Origin: Planctomycetota bacterium
Lineage (GTDB): Bacteria; Planctomycetota; UBA1135; UBA2386
DNA length: 64,000 bases
Reading direction: 5' to 3'
Assembly: GCA_965223545.1 (NCBI GenBank)
Contig: OZ245006.1
Location: 2,496,001-2,560,000 of the forward strand
Below, in pieces: positions 10,501 to 19,534 of this stretch (position 1 is the stretch's first letter; each line of letters opens with the position of its first letter). The translations under genes were made by a program, and so were the position numbers. The notes beneath the pieces were generated by a model. That model was not told where the DNA came from. It ran no database searches and was given only the letters and a program-made list of their open reading frames with translations.

Positions 10501-12025
10501 AGCCAGCACCTCCGTCGATGGTGGCGAGCACGCTGCCGTCGTCCAAGCTCACGGCCGAAAGCTGCCATCGCCCGCCGGTATCGTGCCCGATGAGCGCCTG
10601 GCGATTGTCGGCGTCGACCGCCAGCGTGGACGGCGCTCCGGCCAACGTGGCCACCGTCCGCGTGACGACCCCGGTCGACAGCTCGACCTCCGACAACACA
10701 CTGCCGCCGCTGGCCGCGTCCAACACCAGCGCCCTGGTCCCATCGCCGACCGGCACTGCGCCGACCGGCGCCCGGAGCGGACTGCCGCTCCACTCCGCCA
10801 CCAGGCCGGTCGGCTGCACTCGCGACCGCAAGAACTGAACTTCGCGGTGCTCCAACGCCACGCGCAGCCACGCCGCGCTGGTCACCAGCGAGGGCAGCCG
10901 CACGGTGGCAGGGTCGACGGGCACTGCGTAGCCACCGATGTAGGAGTCGTACGGCACGCAGATCCGCTTCTGATCGATGAACGCCGGGTCGTCCAGCAAT
11001 CGCAGCAGCTCATTGGGATCGGTGGTGCCCAGAGGGACGAACGCCTCGCCGGGCCGGCGCCACTGGAACAGCACGCGTACCGGATCTGCCTCCTCGTCCG
11101 TGACCACGTAGGGCACGGTGATGCCGCCGTCACTGTCGACGTTCGCGGCGAGAAAGCCGCCGTCCACTTGCACGATCGGCTCATCGTTGTTGTCGACGGA
11201 GAACTCCACCGTCTCCCGTGCCAATCCGACGCCGACCGGATCCGAAGGCGTGAAGCGAACGCGCACACGGCGTTCCTGATCGGCGAAGTCGATGTCCGTA
11301 TCCCAGAAGAAGTCGACGACGGACTCGGTCCCCGGCGTGCCGACACCGACCAACGCGACCGGCTCGGTCTGGCTCGCACCCGCGCGGCGCGCCAACTGCC
11401 AGCCGCTCGCCGGCTGCGACAGATCTCGATACTCGACCACGACGTTGACCCGGTGATTGGGATCGAGCACCGAGAAGCGCAGGCGCGCCACGCCCGAGAC
11501 CTGCAAGTTGGCGGCCGGCGGGGCCGGCTCCAGCACATCGAGAACCGGCAGATCGTTGCCCAAGCTCGCCGTCGCGGCCAAGCTGGCTCCGCCCTCGATC
11601 CGCGCGATCACGCGGACTCCACTGCGATAGCTGCCATCCAAGTGAGTCTCGTCGGCGAAGCGCCAAGCCAGACGCGCGGTGAGCCCGGCCCGTGAGGACT
11701 GCAGCGTGACGGGATTCTGGTCGAGGCCCACCATCGGACGCTCTTGGCCACGGGGGTCGTCCGGTGCGACATAGAAGAACCGCACCGTGACCGGATCCTC
11801 CTCGGGGTCCGCGACCACCAGCGATAGCGTCGCCGGAGACAGCACCGGATCGATCACGGTGATGCTGCTGACGATCGACTCGGCGTTGCTGCTGCCACCA
11901 CCGCTATTGGACAGGGCGGTCACTCCGGCAGTACCGAACCCACACCCGGCAAGTCCGACCCCGGCGAGAGCCACGACGGCCGCGATCCGCATCCGCGAGC
12001 ACCGCACTGTAGGGTTGCTCTTCAC
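7592..12025 (-). CDS. Large lipoprotein with Ig-like repeats, beta-propeller and 14 FG-GAP/VCBS repeats
   Basis: Lipobox 'LAGC'; 14 copies of (G/A)D(F/L/V/I)DxDGxxD(L/V) in the C-terminal ~680 aa; start overlaps the upstream gene's stop (12022-12025). Confidence 0.88.
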   Translation of the reverse strand: MKSNPTVRCSRMRIAAVVALAGVGLAGCGFGTAGVTALSNSGGGSSNAESIVSSITVIDPVLSPATLSLVVADPEEDPVTVRFFYVAPDDPRGQERPMVGLDQNPVTLQSSRAGLTARLAWRFADETHLDGSYRSGVRVIARIEGGASLAATASLGNDLPVLDVLEPAPPAANLQVSGVARLRFSVLDPNHRVNVVVEYRDLSQPASGWQLARRAGASQTEPVALVGVGTPGTESVVDFFWDTDIDFADQERRVRVRFTPSDPVGVGLARETVEFSVDNNDEPIVQVDGGFLAANVDSDGGITVPYVVTDEEADPVRVLFQWRRPGEAFVPLGTTDPNELLRLLDDPAFIDQKRICVPYDSYIGGYAVPVDPATVRLPSLVTSAAWLRVALEHREVQFLRSRVQPTGLVAEWSGSPLRAPVGAVPVGDGTRALVLDAASGGSVLSEVELSTGVVTRTVATLAGAPSTLAVDADNRQALIGHDTGGRWQLSAVSLDDGSVLATIDGGAGSGPDGAPRSVLPWGPSAALVSADDALWRIDWSGAPVITRWIGGLAHPSGLAWWPGRPGRCLLAERDANRVVQLDLATRVLESVRPGGASAFPTPTSIALTDDRRRLVVLCEPTPGADRELRAVTLGSAAAAGANPVTSLGTVANEARALAAGPLDLVLVADPVAADLLASGGVAQTAVVRSVSGKTGDVTFVAPLAAAVSPGQRWRVAARDPFRHPVASSRTGQVGHFIWDSRTVAVGGQFLVRAICFDEEQGSSSSTTVAKQVLPSYATVSSQAASRAHRATAVGDFDGDGDTDYAVLQSGPAEVTVMIQGANRSFAAQTPIAVPGTAPAFLIARDFDGDGDHDFAVGDSTSSDVTVFLQASPGSFFAQPSVSTGAPGLAALVAADLDSDGDVDLAASHVGGEVVALWRNGATSFSVETLATISAGRPEALAAADVDGDGNVDLLSAHSVTDDVVVLRHGAGRTFAALAPVATGGIRPKALQAVDLDADGDVDVLCAHRGSNDVTVLRASAAGALVAEAPVAALRPEIESMVVADLDHDGDLDVALASAGVRFPAAPSGVTFLFQDSTGALVPAGEMRVGTLGINALATADFDVDGRSDLLLADASAATVFFQSAAGEFTPTDPHPTRRLNPTAVAVGDLDGDGDLDVVTTDLDFVPTPQGSLTVFFQDAPRVFTSLPEISTVGRGPLGVALGDVDGDGDLDVVTTNELNNSLSVIYQGAARTFGPVQTVGARGIRPAAIAIGDVDGDGGVDLVSVNRGGRFVVHYQGESGVFTTPGGMLLGGASATDVAIGDLDGDGAVDVVAANGTSNSVTIAFQDAPRSFSVGAPIATGGGFASAVVIADLDRDGDTDVACANRDTNDVTVLVQVAPRSFVVRPPVGCGGIAPESLAASDIDRDGAIDLICVHRTSADFSVLRQVDGGFATGVPIATGQIGPSAVAVGDIDRDGDPDVAIVGYDSSDLRVFWGGR

Positions 12026-13155
12026 GACTGTTCCTCCGCGTCGACGGCGTACGTGAACGTGCGCATACTCGAAAAGCGGTCGAGCTGGTGCACCTCGATC
12101 TGCACGGTTTCGCGCACCTCACTCGCCGGGATACGAAACGCATAGCGCTTGAGGCCAGGCCGTGTCTCTCCGGGCGCCACCAGCCGAACCTCCTCCCACT
12201 GAGCCACTTGTGGATCCCCGCCATCGACGCGGTAGCGCAGATCGCCGAGCTCGCTCACGTCACCGAGCTCGAGGGTGATCTCGCCGACGAGGCTGCGCTG
12301 CCCCTCGATGATCACATAGCGCACATCGGACGGCGTGAAGTCGACGCGATCCCAACGCAAGAGGTCGCGGGATCGTTCGTGGACGGCGCGCACCATCGCC
12401 GCGCACAGCTGCTCGGTGATCACGCCCGGCAGCTCGGTCGTCACCGTTTCGGACTCGGTGGCGACGAAACCCGCAGGCACCAACACTCCGAGAAAGTAGG
12501 CGCCGACGCCCGCAGCACGGTCGATGAAGCTCAACGACGCTTCACGGGACTCGCGATCCATCTGCGCGATGCGGGACGTCGCGTCGAGCGCGCGCACATC
12601 CGCCGAGCTCGCTGCACTGAGCTCGAACACCTCCATCGCGAGATTCGCGCGGTAGTAGTAGCTTCGATCGCTGACAAACCAAGTCGCCGGCCCCCCCAGA
12701 GCGAACAACAACAGGTTGGGCCAGAAGCGGTCGTTCAGCCCGGTGCGGATCGACGGGCTGTAGGTCAACGTCGCACCGAGCACCAAGTCCGCGTCGCAGC
12801 CGCGCGCCGCTTGCAGAAGCGCCTCGGACAAGGGCACACCCTCGGCGGCAGCTACGGTCAACGGAGTCACGCGCGCGAACGAGCCGCGCATGGCATCGAC
12901 CAGCTCCGCGGTGACACGCTCGGATTCGAAGGAGATCGCCAGATCGGCCGGCTCGGGATCGACCGCCCCCGACACGAGGTCGCCAAACCCATCGGCGACC
13001 GCCACGGTCGCCGGCAGCACGGCGACGTGAAACGGCAGGCGGTCCCGCGGAGAATCGAACTCGGGAGTGGCGCAGCCGACGAGTAGCCAGCACGCCGCTG
13101 CGATGGAGGGGCATGACCGCATGGGAGCAGAGGTCGCGAGGAACGGGGTGCGCAA
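12022..13155 (-). CDS. Hypothetical lipoprotein
   Basis: Lipobox 'LLVGC'; translationally coupled to the FG-GAP gene; start 13155 or ATG 13122. Confidence 0.7.
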   Translation of the reverse strand: MRTPFLATSAPMRSCPSIAAACWLLVGCATPEFDSPRDRLPFHVAVLPATVAVADGFGDLVSGAVDPEPADLAISFESERVTAELVDAMRGSFARVTPLTVAAAEGVPLSEALLQAARGCDADLVLGATLTYSPSIRTGLNDRFWPNLLLFALGGPATWFVSDRSYYYRANLAMEVFELSAASSADVRALDATSRIAQMDRESREASLSFIDRAAGVGAYFLGVLVPAGFVATESETVTTELPGVITEQLCAAMVRAVHERSRDLLRWDRVDFTPSDVRYVIIEGQRSLVGEITLELGDVSELGDLRYRVDGGDPQVAQWEEVRLVAPGETRPGLKRYAFRIPASEVRETVQIEVHQLDRFSSMRTFTYAVDAEEQS

Positions 13156-13311
13156 GGCAGCGGGACGACGACCGGTCGCCCGCCATGGCGGAGACGTCGA
13201 TTATGTGAGGTGCCGTGCGACTGCGTCCACTCCCGCGGTACGAGCCCATACCGCCGCCCGTTGTCCACCTCCCGCCGTGCGCGCACGGACCGCGGCGGCA
13301 TACTACATGGT

Positions 13312-16071
13312 GTGTCGACCCGACCGCATTCGGCCACTTGCACGGCGCGCTCCCACACGACCTCGCTCAGCGTCGCGGTGTTGTGCCTTGCCGCTGCCTG
13401 TGGTGCCCCGCCCGAGGAGACCATCGATGTCGGCGCACACGGTCTGCGGCTCGCCGCGGTCGCCCAGCACGCCCTGGTCCGCGGCCCGCTGGCGGAGATC
13501 CGCGGTATCGACGATCCCCTGCACCGGCCGGACATCCCCCGCGACACCGTGCTGCTCGAGACCTTCGACGACTTCGAGCAAGAACGGCTGGGTTGGCCCG
13601 AGGACGCCGGCGGCTCCGTCGAACGCGAGGGCGACAACTCGTTCTTCGTCGTCCGCGACCTGGCACCGGGAACGCTGTTCGGCATCAACATGGACGCCCG
13701 ACCGCACCGGCACTACGTGCTGTCGCGGCGCATCCGCAGCGACCGGCCGGTGGATCTGGACTTCTGCGTGCTCGAGCGCCCGCGGCCGCTGCAGCTGGAT
13801 CGGAGCAGCACCGCACGCAACCTGATCGCCGGCTACCGGGACTCGCTCAAAGTGCACTGGTTCGAGCCACCGGAGCCCGACGGCGAGTGGCACGAGGACA
13901 AGTTCTCCTTCTTCAGCACCAGTGAGACCACGACGCTGACGCTGCTGATCCGCACCATTCGCAGCACGCACTCCCCGGCGGCGAAACGCCGCGAGATCGC
14001 CTTCGACGACATCGCCCTGCACGAGCTTCAACCCGACGACGAGCAAGCAGTGGCACTGCTCAAGACCCGCGACAATGTCGGCGGCAGCCACCTGGAAGGT
14101 CTGGTCAAACGCGGGCAGTTTCCGCCGATGTGGGGCATCCCGGGACCGCGGACTCCGGTGGACGGTTCGTTCGCGGTGCGCACCGCTCTGTACAGCCCAG
14201 CGCCGGGTGAGATCGAGTTCGCACTCCGCGTCCCGGCGCGCGCCTCGTTGCGCTTCGCCGCGACCTTGGCCCGTGAGAGCACGCCAGCCAGCCGGGCGCG
14301 GTTCTCGGTGGTCGTCCGGCACGCGGGAACCGAGCACTTGGTGTGGTCGGACACGGTCTCCGCCACGGGCGAGGATTGGTTGTGGCACGAACACCGCGTG
14401 GCGCTCGACCAGTGGGCCGACGAGCCGATCGGTCTGGTGCTGCGCACGGAGGGCGAGCAGGGTGTGCCGCAGCCGTTGTGGGGAACACCGGAGATCGCGG
14501 TGCCCGCCGCCGGCGACACCCCGCACAACGTCATCCTGATCGCCATCGACACCCTCCGGGCAGATCGCTTGCGCTGCTACGGCTTCCGCCGGGAGAGCTC
14601 TCCGCACATCGACGCACTCGCGGCCGACGGAGTTCGGTTCGAGCAGACCGCCGCCAACGCGAACTGGACCTGCCCTTCGTTCGCGTCGATCTTCACCGGC
14701 TTGACGCCGTCACGCCACGGCGTGTTCGACTGGGGCGCCACGGCCCCGCTCCCGCAGCGGCTGGACACCATTGCCGAGCAATTCCAGCGGGCCGGATTCT
14801 CCACCAGCGCCATCATCTACAAGGCACCGCTGTACGACGCCGGCTACGACCAGGGGTTCGACGTCTTCTTCAACGTGCCCCGCCCCTACCAGGTCGGCTC
14901 CGAGAACCTCGCCGAGGCACTGGCGTGGCTGCAGCGACACCGCGACCGGCGCAACTTCTTGTTTCTGCACTTCAACGACCCGCACCAACCCTTCACCCAA
15001 CCGCAACCGTTCGACAAGCACTTCGGCGCCAACCCCGAGGCCAGCGGCGTGCAGTTACCGCACTTCGTCGATCCGCGCCGCGATCGGCATCGGGCCCGGT
15101 TGATGCGGTTGCTGTATGCCGGCGCGGTGGCGTATGTCGACGACTGTGTGGGCCACTTCCTCCAGGCGCTGCGCGACGCCGACCTCTACGAGGACGCCGC
15201 GATCGCTTTGGTGTCCGACCATGGCGAGGCGCTGTGGGAGCACGGCCACTTCGGCCACGGCCAGCTGTTGCTGCGAGACAGCGTGGTCCGCGTTCCGCTC
15301 TTGGTCAAATCGCACCGACCCGACCGCGCCCGCGGTGTCGTGGTGCCGGATCAGGTCGTTGCGTTCGACATCATGCCGACGCTGCTCGAGCTCGCCGGTC
15401 TACCGGTCGAAGCCGGCTTGGACGCGCGTTCGCTGGTGCCACTGCTGGCGGCCAACGCCGCACCACAGCCCCCGCGGATCGCGGTCGTCGAGACCTCGGC
15501 CAACGGACTGGCGGCGCGCACGCCTCAATGGAAGTACGTGCTCCACACGCCGGGCACCGAGAGACTCTACGACCTCGCCGCCGACCCCGACGAAGCCACC
15601 GACGTCCTGGATGAACAACCGCGGGCCGCGGCTCGGCTGCGGCACCACGTGCTCGATCACGTGCTCCGCCATCGCCCCGGTCGATACCTCGCCGTGCTCG
15701 CTGGCGAGCAACCCATCGACCCGGTGGAGCTCACCGACGTCGAGCGCGTCGCGGTGCTGTTCGGGCAGGACCGCACGGCCGACGGCGGCGACCGGCTGCA
15801 GATCGCGCCGCCCCACGGCTCCGGTGTCGATACGATCTACCGCATCCGCGCCGAGGCGAGCCCGCGCGCCACCCGAGACGGTCGGTCCCGGCGCTTGCGC
15901 GCGGCGTTGTACACACCAGGTCGCCTGCAGGAGCTGATCGAGGCGGGCGCGGGCGGCGCCTACGTGTTCGACGGACCACCGCCCCATGACGTCGAGGCGC
16001 GGCGCGCGCGCAGCCTCGACCTCCAGCTCACGGACGCGATGCGCGCCCTGGGCTACGTCGGCGGCAAGTAG
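13312..16071 (+). CDS. Sulfatase-like (alkaline phosphatase superfamily) lipoprotein with long N-terminal extension
   Basis: 'NVILIAIDTLRADRL..YG', 'WTCPSFASIFTG', 'FLHFNDPH.P', 'SDHGE', 'RVPLL', 'LYDL..DP.E', 'MRALGYV'; lipobox-like 'LAAAC'. Start re-called to GTG 13312, 7 nt after CATACT. Confidence 0.82.
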   Translation: MSTRPHSATCTARSHTTSLSVAVLCLAAACGAPPEETIDVGAHGLRLAAVAQHALVRGPLAEIRGIDDPLHRPDIPRDTVLLETFDDFEQERLGWPEDAGGSVEREGDNSFFVVRDLAPGTLFGINMDARPHRHYVLSRRIRSDRPVDLDFCVLERPRPLQLDRSSTARNLIAGYRDSLKVHWFEPPEPDGEWHEDKFSFFSTSETTTLTLLIRTIRSTHSPAAKRREIAFDDIALHELQPDDEQAVALLKTRDNVGGSHLEGLVKRGQFPPMWGIPGPRTPVDGSFAVRTALYSPAPGEIEFALRVPARASLRFAATLARESTPASRARFSVVVRHAGTEHLVWSDTVSATGEDWLWHEHRVALDQWADEPIGLVLRTEGEQGVPQPLWGTPEIAVPAAGDTPHNVILIAIDTLRADRLRCYGFRRESSPHIDALAADGVRFEQTAANANWTCPSFASIFTGLTPSRHGVFDWGATAPLPQRLDTIAEQFQRAGFSTSAIIYKAPLYDAGYDQGFDVFFNVPRPYQVGSENLAEALAWLQRHRDRRNFLFLHFNDPHQPFTQPQPFDKHFGANPEASGVQLPHFVDPRRDRHRARLMRLLYAGAVAYVDDCVGHFLQALRDADLYEDAAIALVSDHGEALWEHGHFGHGQLLLRDSVVRVPLLVKSHRPDRARGVVVPDQVVAFDIMPTLLELAGLPVEAGLDARSLVPLLAANAAPQPPRIAVVETSANGLAARTPQWKYVLHTPGTERLYDLAADPDEATDVLDEQPRAAARLRHHVLDHVLRHRPGRYLAVLAGEQPIDPVELTDVERVAVLFGQDRTADGGDRLQIAPPHGSGVDTIYRIRAEASPRATRDGRSRRLRAALYTPGRLQELIEAGAGGAYVFDGPPPHDVEARRARSLDLQLTDAMRALGYVGGK

Positions 16072-16222
16072 CTCCGCCGCGGGCGCAGCCGGGGATTCTC
16101 GGCTTTTCGGCGAGAAGCCCGTCACGGGCCGGGGGGGCCTCCCCATCTCCACCGCGGGCTCGGGCGCCGCAGCCAAGCGACGCGGCCGCGAGCGACATCA
16201 CGCCGAACGCGAGGAAACAGAG

Positions 16223-17173
16223 ATGGCCAGCCAACAAGCACACCCCACCACAATCGCCCAACCAACCATCGGCACCGACCCCCTGGAGACGATCCGCCGC
16301 CTGATCGCCCGCGGTGAAGTCGCCCGCGGCATGTGCCGGCTGTTCACCACTCTCGACGCCGCCCGTGAACGCAGCACGCCCGCCGGTTGGCAGCAGTTCT
16401 GCGCTCGGGTCCAGGCGCATCCGCTGCGCGCCCTCATCCACCAGGATCCGATGAGCAAGCGGAGCTTCGACAAGCCGCGCGGCTACGCCGGCGATGCGGA
16501 GCTGCTCGACTACATCTACGGCCTCAAGACGCTCGACGGCGTGTCGGACATCGGCCGCGCCGTGCACGACTACTGCCTCGGCCGGGCGTCGATCTGCGCG
16601 GTGCGCCACCGGCGCGACCTGCTCGCCCACCGCATCGACCAAGCCGCCGACGGCGCCGGCGGCGCGGGACGCGTGCTCTCGGTTGCGTGTGGCCACCTGC
16701 GCGAAGCCGACCACTCGGCCGCAGTGCGGGCCGGTTGGGTGCGCGACATCGCCGGCCTCGACGCCGACCGCGAGAGCCTGGCGGTCGCCGCCGCCGCCCA
16801 CCCCGGACTGATCACCCCTTGGCACCTGTCGATCCGGCGCCTGCTGGGACGGGAAGCACCGCTGGGCAAGTTCCACCTGACCTACTCCGCCGGCCTCTAC
16901 GACTACCTCGAAGACGCGGTGGCCGTGCGGCTGACGCGCCGCATGTTCGACACGCTGCACCGCGGCGGCCGCCTGCTGGTCTGCAACTTCCTCACCTCGG
17001 TGCCGGATGTCGGCTACATGGAGAGCCTGATGGGATGGAAGCTGATCCTCCGCAAGCTCGAAGAGCTGCCCCGGCTGCTCGCCGAGATTCCGGCGGCGCA
17101 GATCGGCGAAGTGCGCACCTACAGCGACCCGTTCGCCGCTGTCGGCTATCTGGAAGTGCGCAAGGCGCGGTAG
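16223..17173 (+). CDS. Class I SAM-dependent methyltransferase (PhcB-like)
   Basis: 'KPRGYAGD', motif I 'VLSVACG', 'YSAGLYDYL', 'GGRLLVCNF'; GAGGA RBS at 16211 before ATG 16223. Confidence 0.8.
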   Translation: MASQQAHPTTIAQPTIGTDPLETIRRLIARGEVARGMCRLFTTLDAARERSTPAGWQQFCARVQAHPLRALIHQDPMSKRSFDKPRGYAGDAELLDYIYGLKTLDGVSDIGRAVHDYCLGRASICAVRHRRDLLAHRIDQAADGAGGAGRVLSVACGHLREADHSAAVRAGWVRDIAGLDADRESLAVAAAAHPGLITPWHLSIRRLLGREAPLGKFHLTYSAGLYDYLEDAVAVRLTRRMFDTLHRGGRLLVCNFLTSVPDVGYMESLMGWKLILRKLEELPRLLAEIPAAQIGEVRTYSDPFAAVGYLEVRKAR

Positions 17174-17176
17174 CAT

Positions 17177-19534
17177 GTGAACATGACCCGATCGCCCGCT
17201 CGCACGCTTGCCGCGGCAGCGCTCGCGGCGCTGGCGACCGGAGCCGTGCGCGCGCAGAACGCCGACTACGCGATCGACTTCCAGCGCGACATCCGGCCGA
17301 TCTTGGCGCGCCATTGCTTCGCCTGCCACGGGCCGGATCCGGCGCATCGCAAAGCCGGCTTGCGCCTGGACCGGCGCGAGGCTGCGGTCGCGGCCCGCGA
17401 CGACGGCGCCGCCATCGTGCCTGGCGACCCCACCGGGAGCGTGCTGTTGCAGCGCATCGCGAGCACCGACCCGCGCCGCGTGATGCCGCCACCGGATGCT
17501 CACCGGCCGTTGCTGCCGGCGCAGATCGAGCAACTTCGCGACTGGATCGCGGCCGGCGCGGAGTATGCCGCTCACTGGGCGTACACGCCGCCCGCCGAGC
17601 ATCCGCTGCCGGCGATCGCCGATGCGGACTGGCCGCGGAACGCGATCGACCACTGGGTGCTGGCCGCCCTCGAGGCACGCGGCCGCACGCCCGCACCGCC
17701 CGCCGACCGGGCCACCCTGCTGCGCCGGCTCAGCCTCGACCTCACCGGTCTTCCGCCGACCGCGGAGGAGGTGCGCGCGTTCCTCGACGACCGCCGCGCC
17801 GACGCCTACGAGCAATGGGTCGAACAGCTCCTCGCCTCGCCGCGACACGGCGAGCGCATGGCGACCTTTTGGTTCGACCTCGTGCGCTACGCCGACACGG
17901 TCGGCTACCACGGTGACCAGGAACACGCGATCGCGCCCTATCGCGACTGGGTGATCGCCGCGTTCAACCGCAACATCCCGTTCGACCAGTTCACGGTCCA
18001 GCAGCTTGCTGGCGACCTGCTGCCCGAGCCAACGCAGGAGCAGCGCGTCGCCACCGGCTACAACCGGTTGTTGCAAACCACGCACGAGGGTGGCGCGCAG
18101 GCCGGCGAGTACCTGGCGATCTACGCCGCCGACCGCGTGCGCAACCTGGGGCTGGCGTGGCTGGGTTCGACCGTCGGTTGCGCCCAGTGCCACGACCACA
18201 AGTACGATCCGTTCACCCAGCGCGATTTCTACGAGCTGGCCGCGTTCTTCGCCGACGTCGAGGAGAAGGGCGACTTCGCCGGTAGCCCCAACACCACGCC
18301 GACCACGCGGCCGCCGGAGATGCGCGTGCACTCGGACGCCGACCGGCAACTGCTGGCGGCGATCGACACCGAGCTGGCGCGAGCGACCGAGCGCGATCCG
18401 GCATCGGCGGAGCCGCTGCGCGCCCAGCGGGCAGCGATCGAAGAGCGCGGGGTGCGGACGATGATCACGCGCGCCTGCGCACCACGCGCCGTCCGCGTCC
18501 TCCCGCGGGGCGACTGGATGGACGACTCGGGTGCCGAGGTCCAACCCGCCGTCCCGGCGTTCCTCGGCGTGCCGCTCGACGCCGCGGACCGGCGCGCCAC
18601 CCGGCTCGACCTGGCCCGATGGCTGGTCCACCCGCGGAACCCGCTCACCGCTCGCACGTTGGTCAATCGTCTGTGGGCGATGCTGATGGGCCGCGGCCTC
18701 GCCCGGGTCGACGACCTCGGAGTGCAGGGCGACGCACCGTCCCATCCAGAGCTCTTGGACAGCCTCGCGCTGGAGCTGGTGCGGAGCGGCTGGGACGTGC
18801 GTCACGTGCTTCGCCTGATCGTGCGCAGCAGCACCTACCGACAGAGTTCGGACACCCCGGCGGGGAACACGGCCGACGATCCGGACAACGTCTGGCTCGG
18901 CCGCCAAGCGCGGTGGCGGCTGGCCGCCGAGTTCGTGCGCGACCAGGCGTTGTTCGCCGCAGGCCTGCTGCAGCTGACCGACGGAGGTGCGGCCGTGCGC
19001 CCCTATCAGCCGGCCGGATACTACCGCCACCTCAACTTCCCCAAGCGCAGGTATGCCGCAGACGACTCCGCGCAGCAGTGGCGTCGCGGTGTGTACGTGC
19101 ATTGGCAGCGCCAGTTCTTGCATCCCCAGCTGCGCAACTTCGACGCGCCGTCTCGGGAGGACGGGGTCGCCGCGCGGCCCCGCTCGAACACGCCCCAACA
19201 GGCACTGACTCTGCTCAACGACCCGACCTTCGTCGAGGCCGCCCGAGCCTTGGCGGCGCGCGTTGCGACCGAGGCAACCTCGGATCGATCGAGGCTCGAG
19301 GCGGCGGTCGGGCACGTGCTATCGCGCGCCGCGCGCGACGACGAGGTCGATGCGCTGCTCGCGTTCTTGCGGCGGCAACGCGCGCACTACGCCGCGACAC
19401 CGGGCGCTGCGCGCGCGTTGCTTTCGGTCGGCATCGCCCGCCGGCCGGCTGCCGTGGCGGACGACGAGTTGGCCGCCTGGACCGCGACTTGCCGCGTGCT
19501 GCTCAACTTGCCCGAAGCCATCACCCGCCATTGA
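17177..19534 (+). CDS. Planctomycete cytochrome c / DUF1549 / DUF1553 (PSD1) protein
   Basis: Heme motifs CFACH and CAQCH; 'IDFQRDIRPIL', 'LLRRLSLDLTGLPP', 'NPLTARTLVNRLW', 'PSHPELLD', 'NTPQQALTLLND'. Confidence 0.93.
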   Translation: MNMTRSPARTLAAAALAALATGAVRAQNADYAIDFQRDIRPILARHCFACHGPDPAHRKAGLRLDRREAAVAARDDGAAIVPGDPTGSVLLQRIASTDPRRVMPPPDAHRPLLPAQIEQLRDWIAAGAEYAAHWAYTPPAEHPLPAIADADWPRNAIDHWVLAALEARGRTPAPPADRATLLRRLSLDLTGLPPTAEEVRAFLDDRRADAYEQWVEQLLASPRHGERMATFWFDLVRYADTVGYHGDQEHAIAPYRDWVIAAFNRNIPFDQFTVQQLAGDLLPEPTQEQRVATGYNRLLQTTHEGGAQAGEYLAIYAADRVRNLGLAWLGSTVGCAQCHDHKYDPFTQRDFYELAAFFADVEEKGDFAGSPNTTPTTRPPEMRVHSDADRQLLAAIDTELARATERDPASAEPLRAQRAAIEERGVRTMITRACAPRAVRVLPRGDWMDDSGAEVQPAVPAFLGVPLDAADRRATRLDLARWLVHPRNPLTARTLVNRLWAMLMGRGLARVDDLGVQGDAPSHPELLDSLALELVRSGWDVRHVLRLIVRSSTYRQSSDTPAGNTADDPDNVWLGRQARWRLAAEFVRDQALFAAGLLQLTDGGAAVRPYQPAGYYRHLNFPKRRYAADDSAQQWRRGVYVHWQRQFLHPQLRNFDAPSREDGVAARPRSNTPQQALTLLNDPTFVEAARALAARVATEATSDRSRLEAAVGHVLSRAARDDEVDALLAFLRRQRAHYAATPGAARALLSVGIARRPAAVADDELAAWTATCRVLLNLPEAITRH

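Noticed and set aside
8204..11695. 1163-aa plus-strand ORF, and similar long shadow ORFs (16028-19315, 32558-34588, 48657-50141, 53052-54905)
   Set aside because: Antisense to well-supported genes, Arg/Gly-rich and without motifs; expected in high-GC DNA.
16101..16128. Intrinsic terminator after the sulfatase-like gene
   Set aside because: Short hairpins are present but there is no U-tract; weak evidence in GC-rich DNA.
18619..19533. Long N-terminal extensions in the ORF track (DUF1501; also 35676, 37918, 39934, 49728, 50912, 55086 starts)
   Set aside because: They overlap neighbouring real genes or repeats; downstream starts with RBS, coupling or signal peptides fit better.
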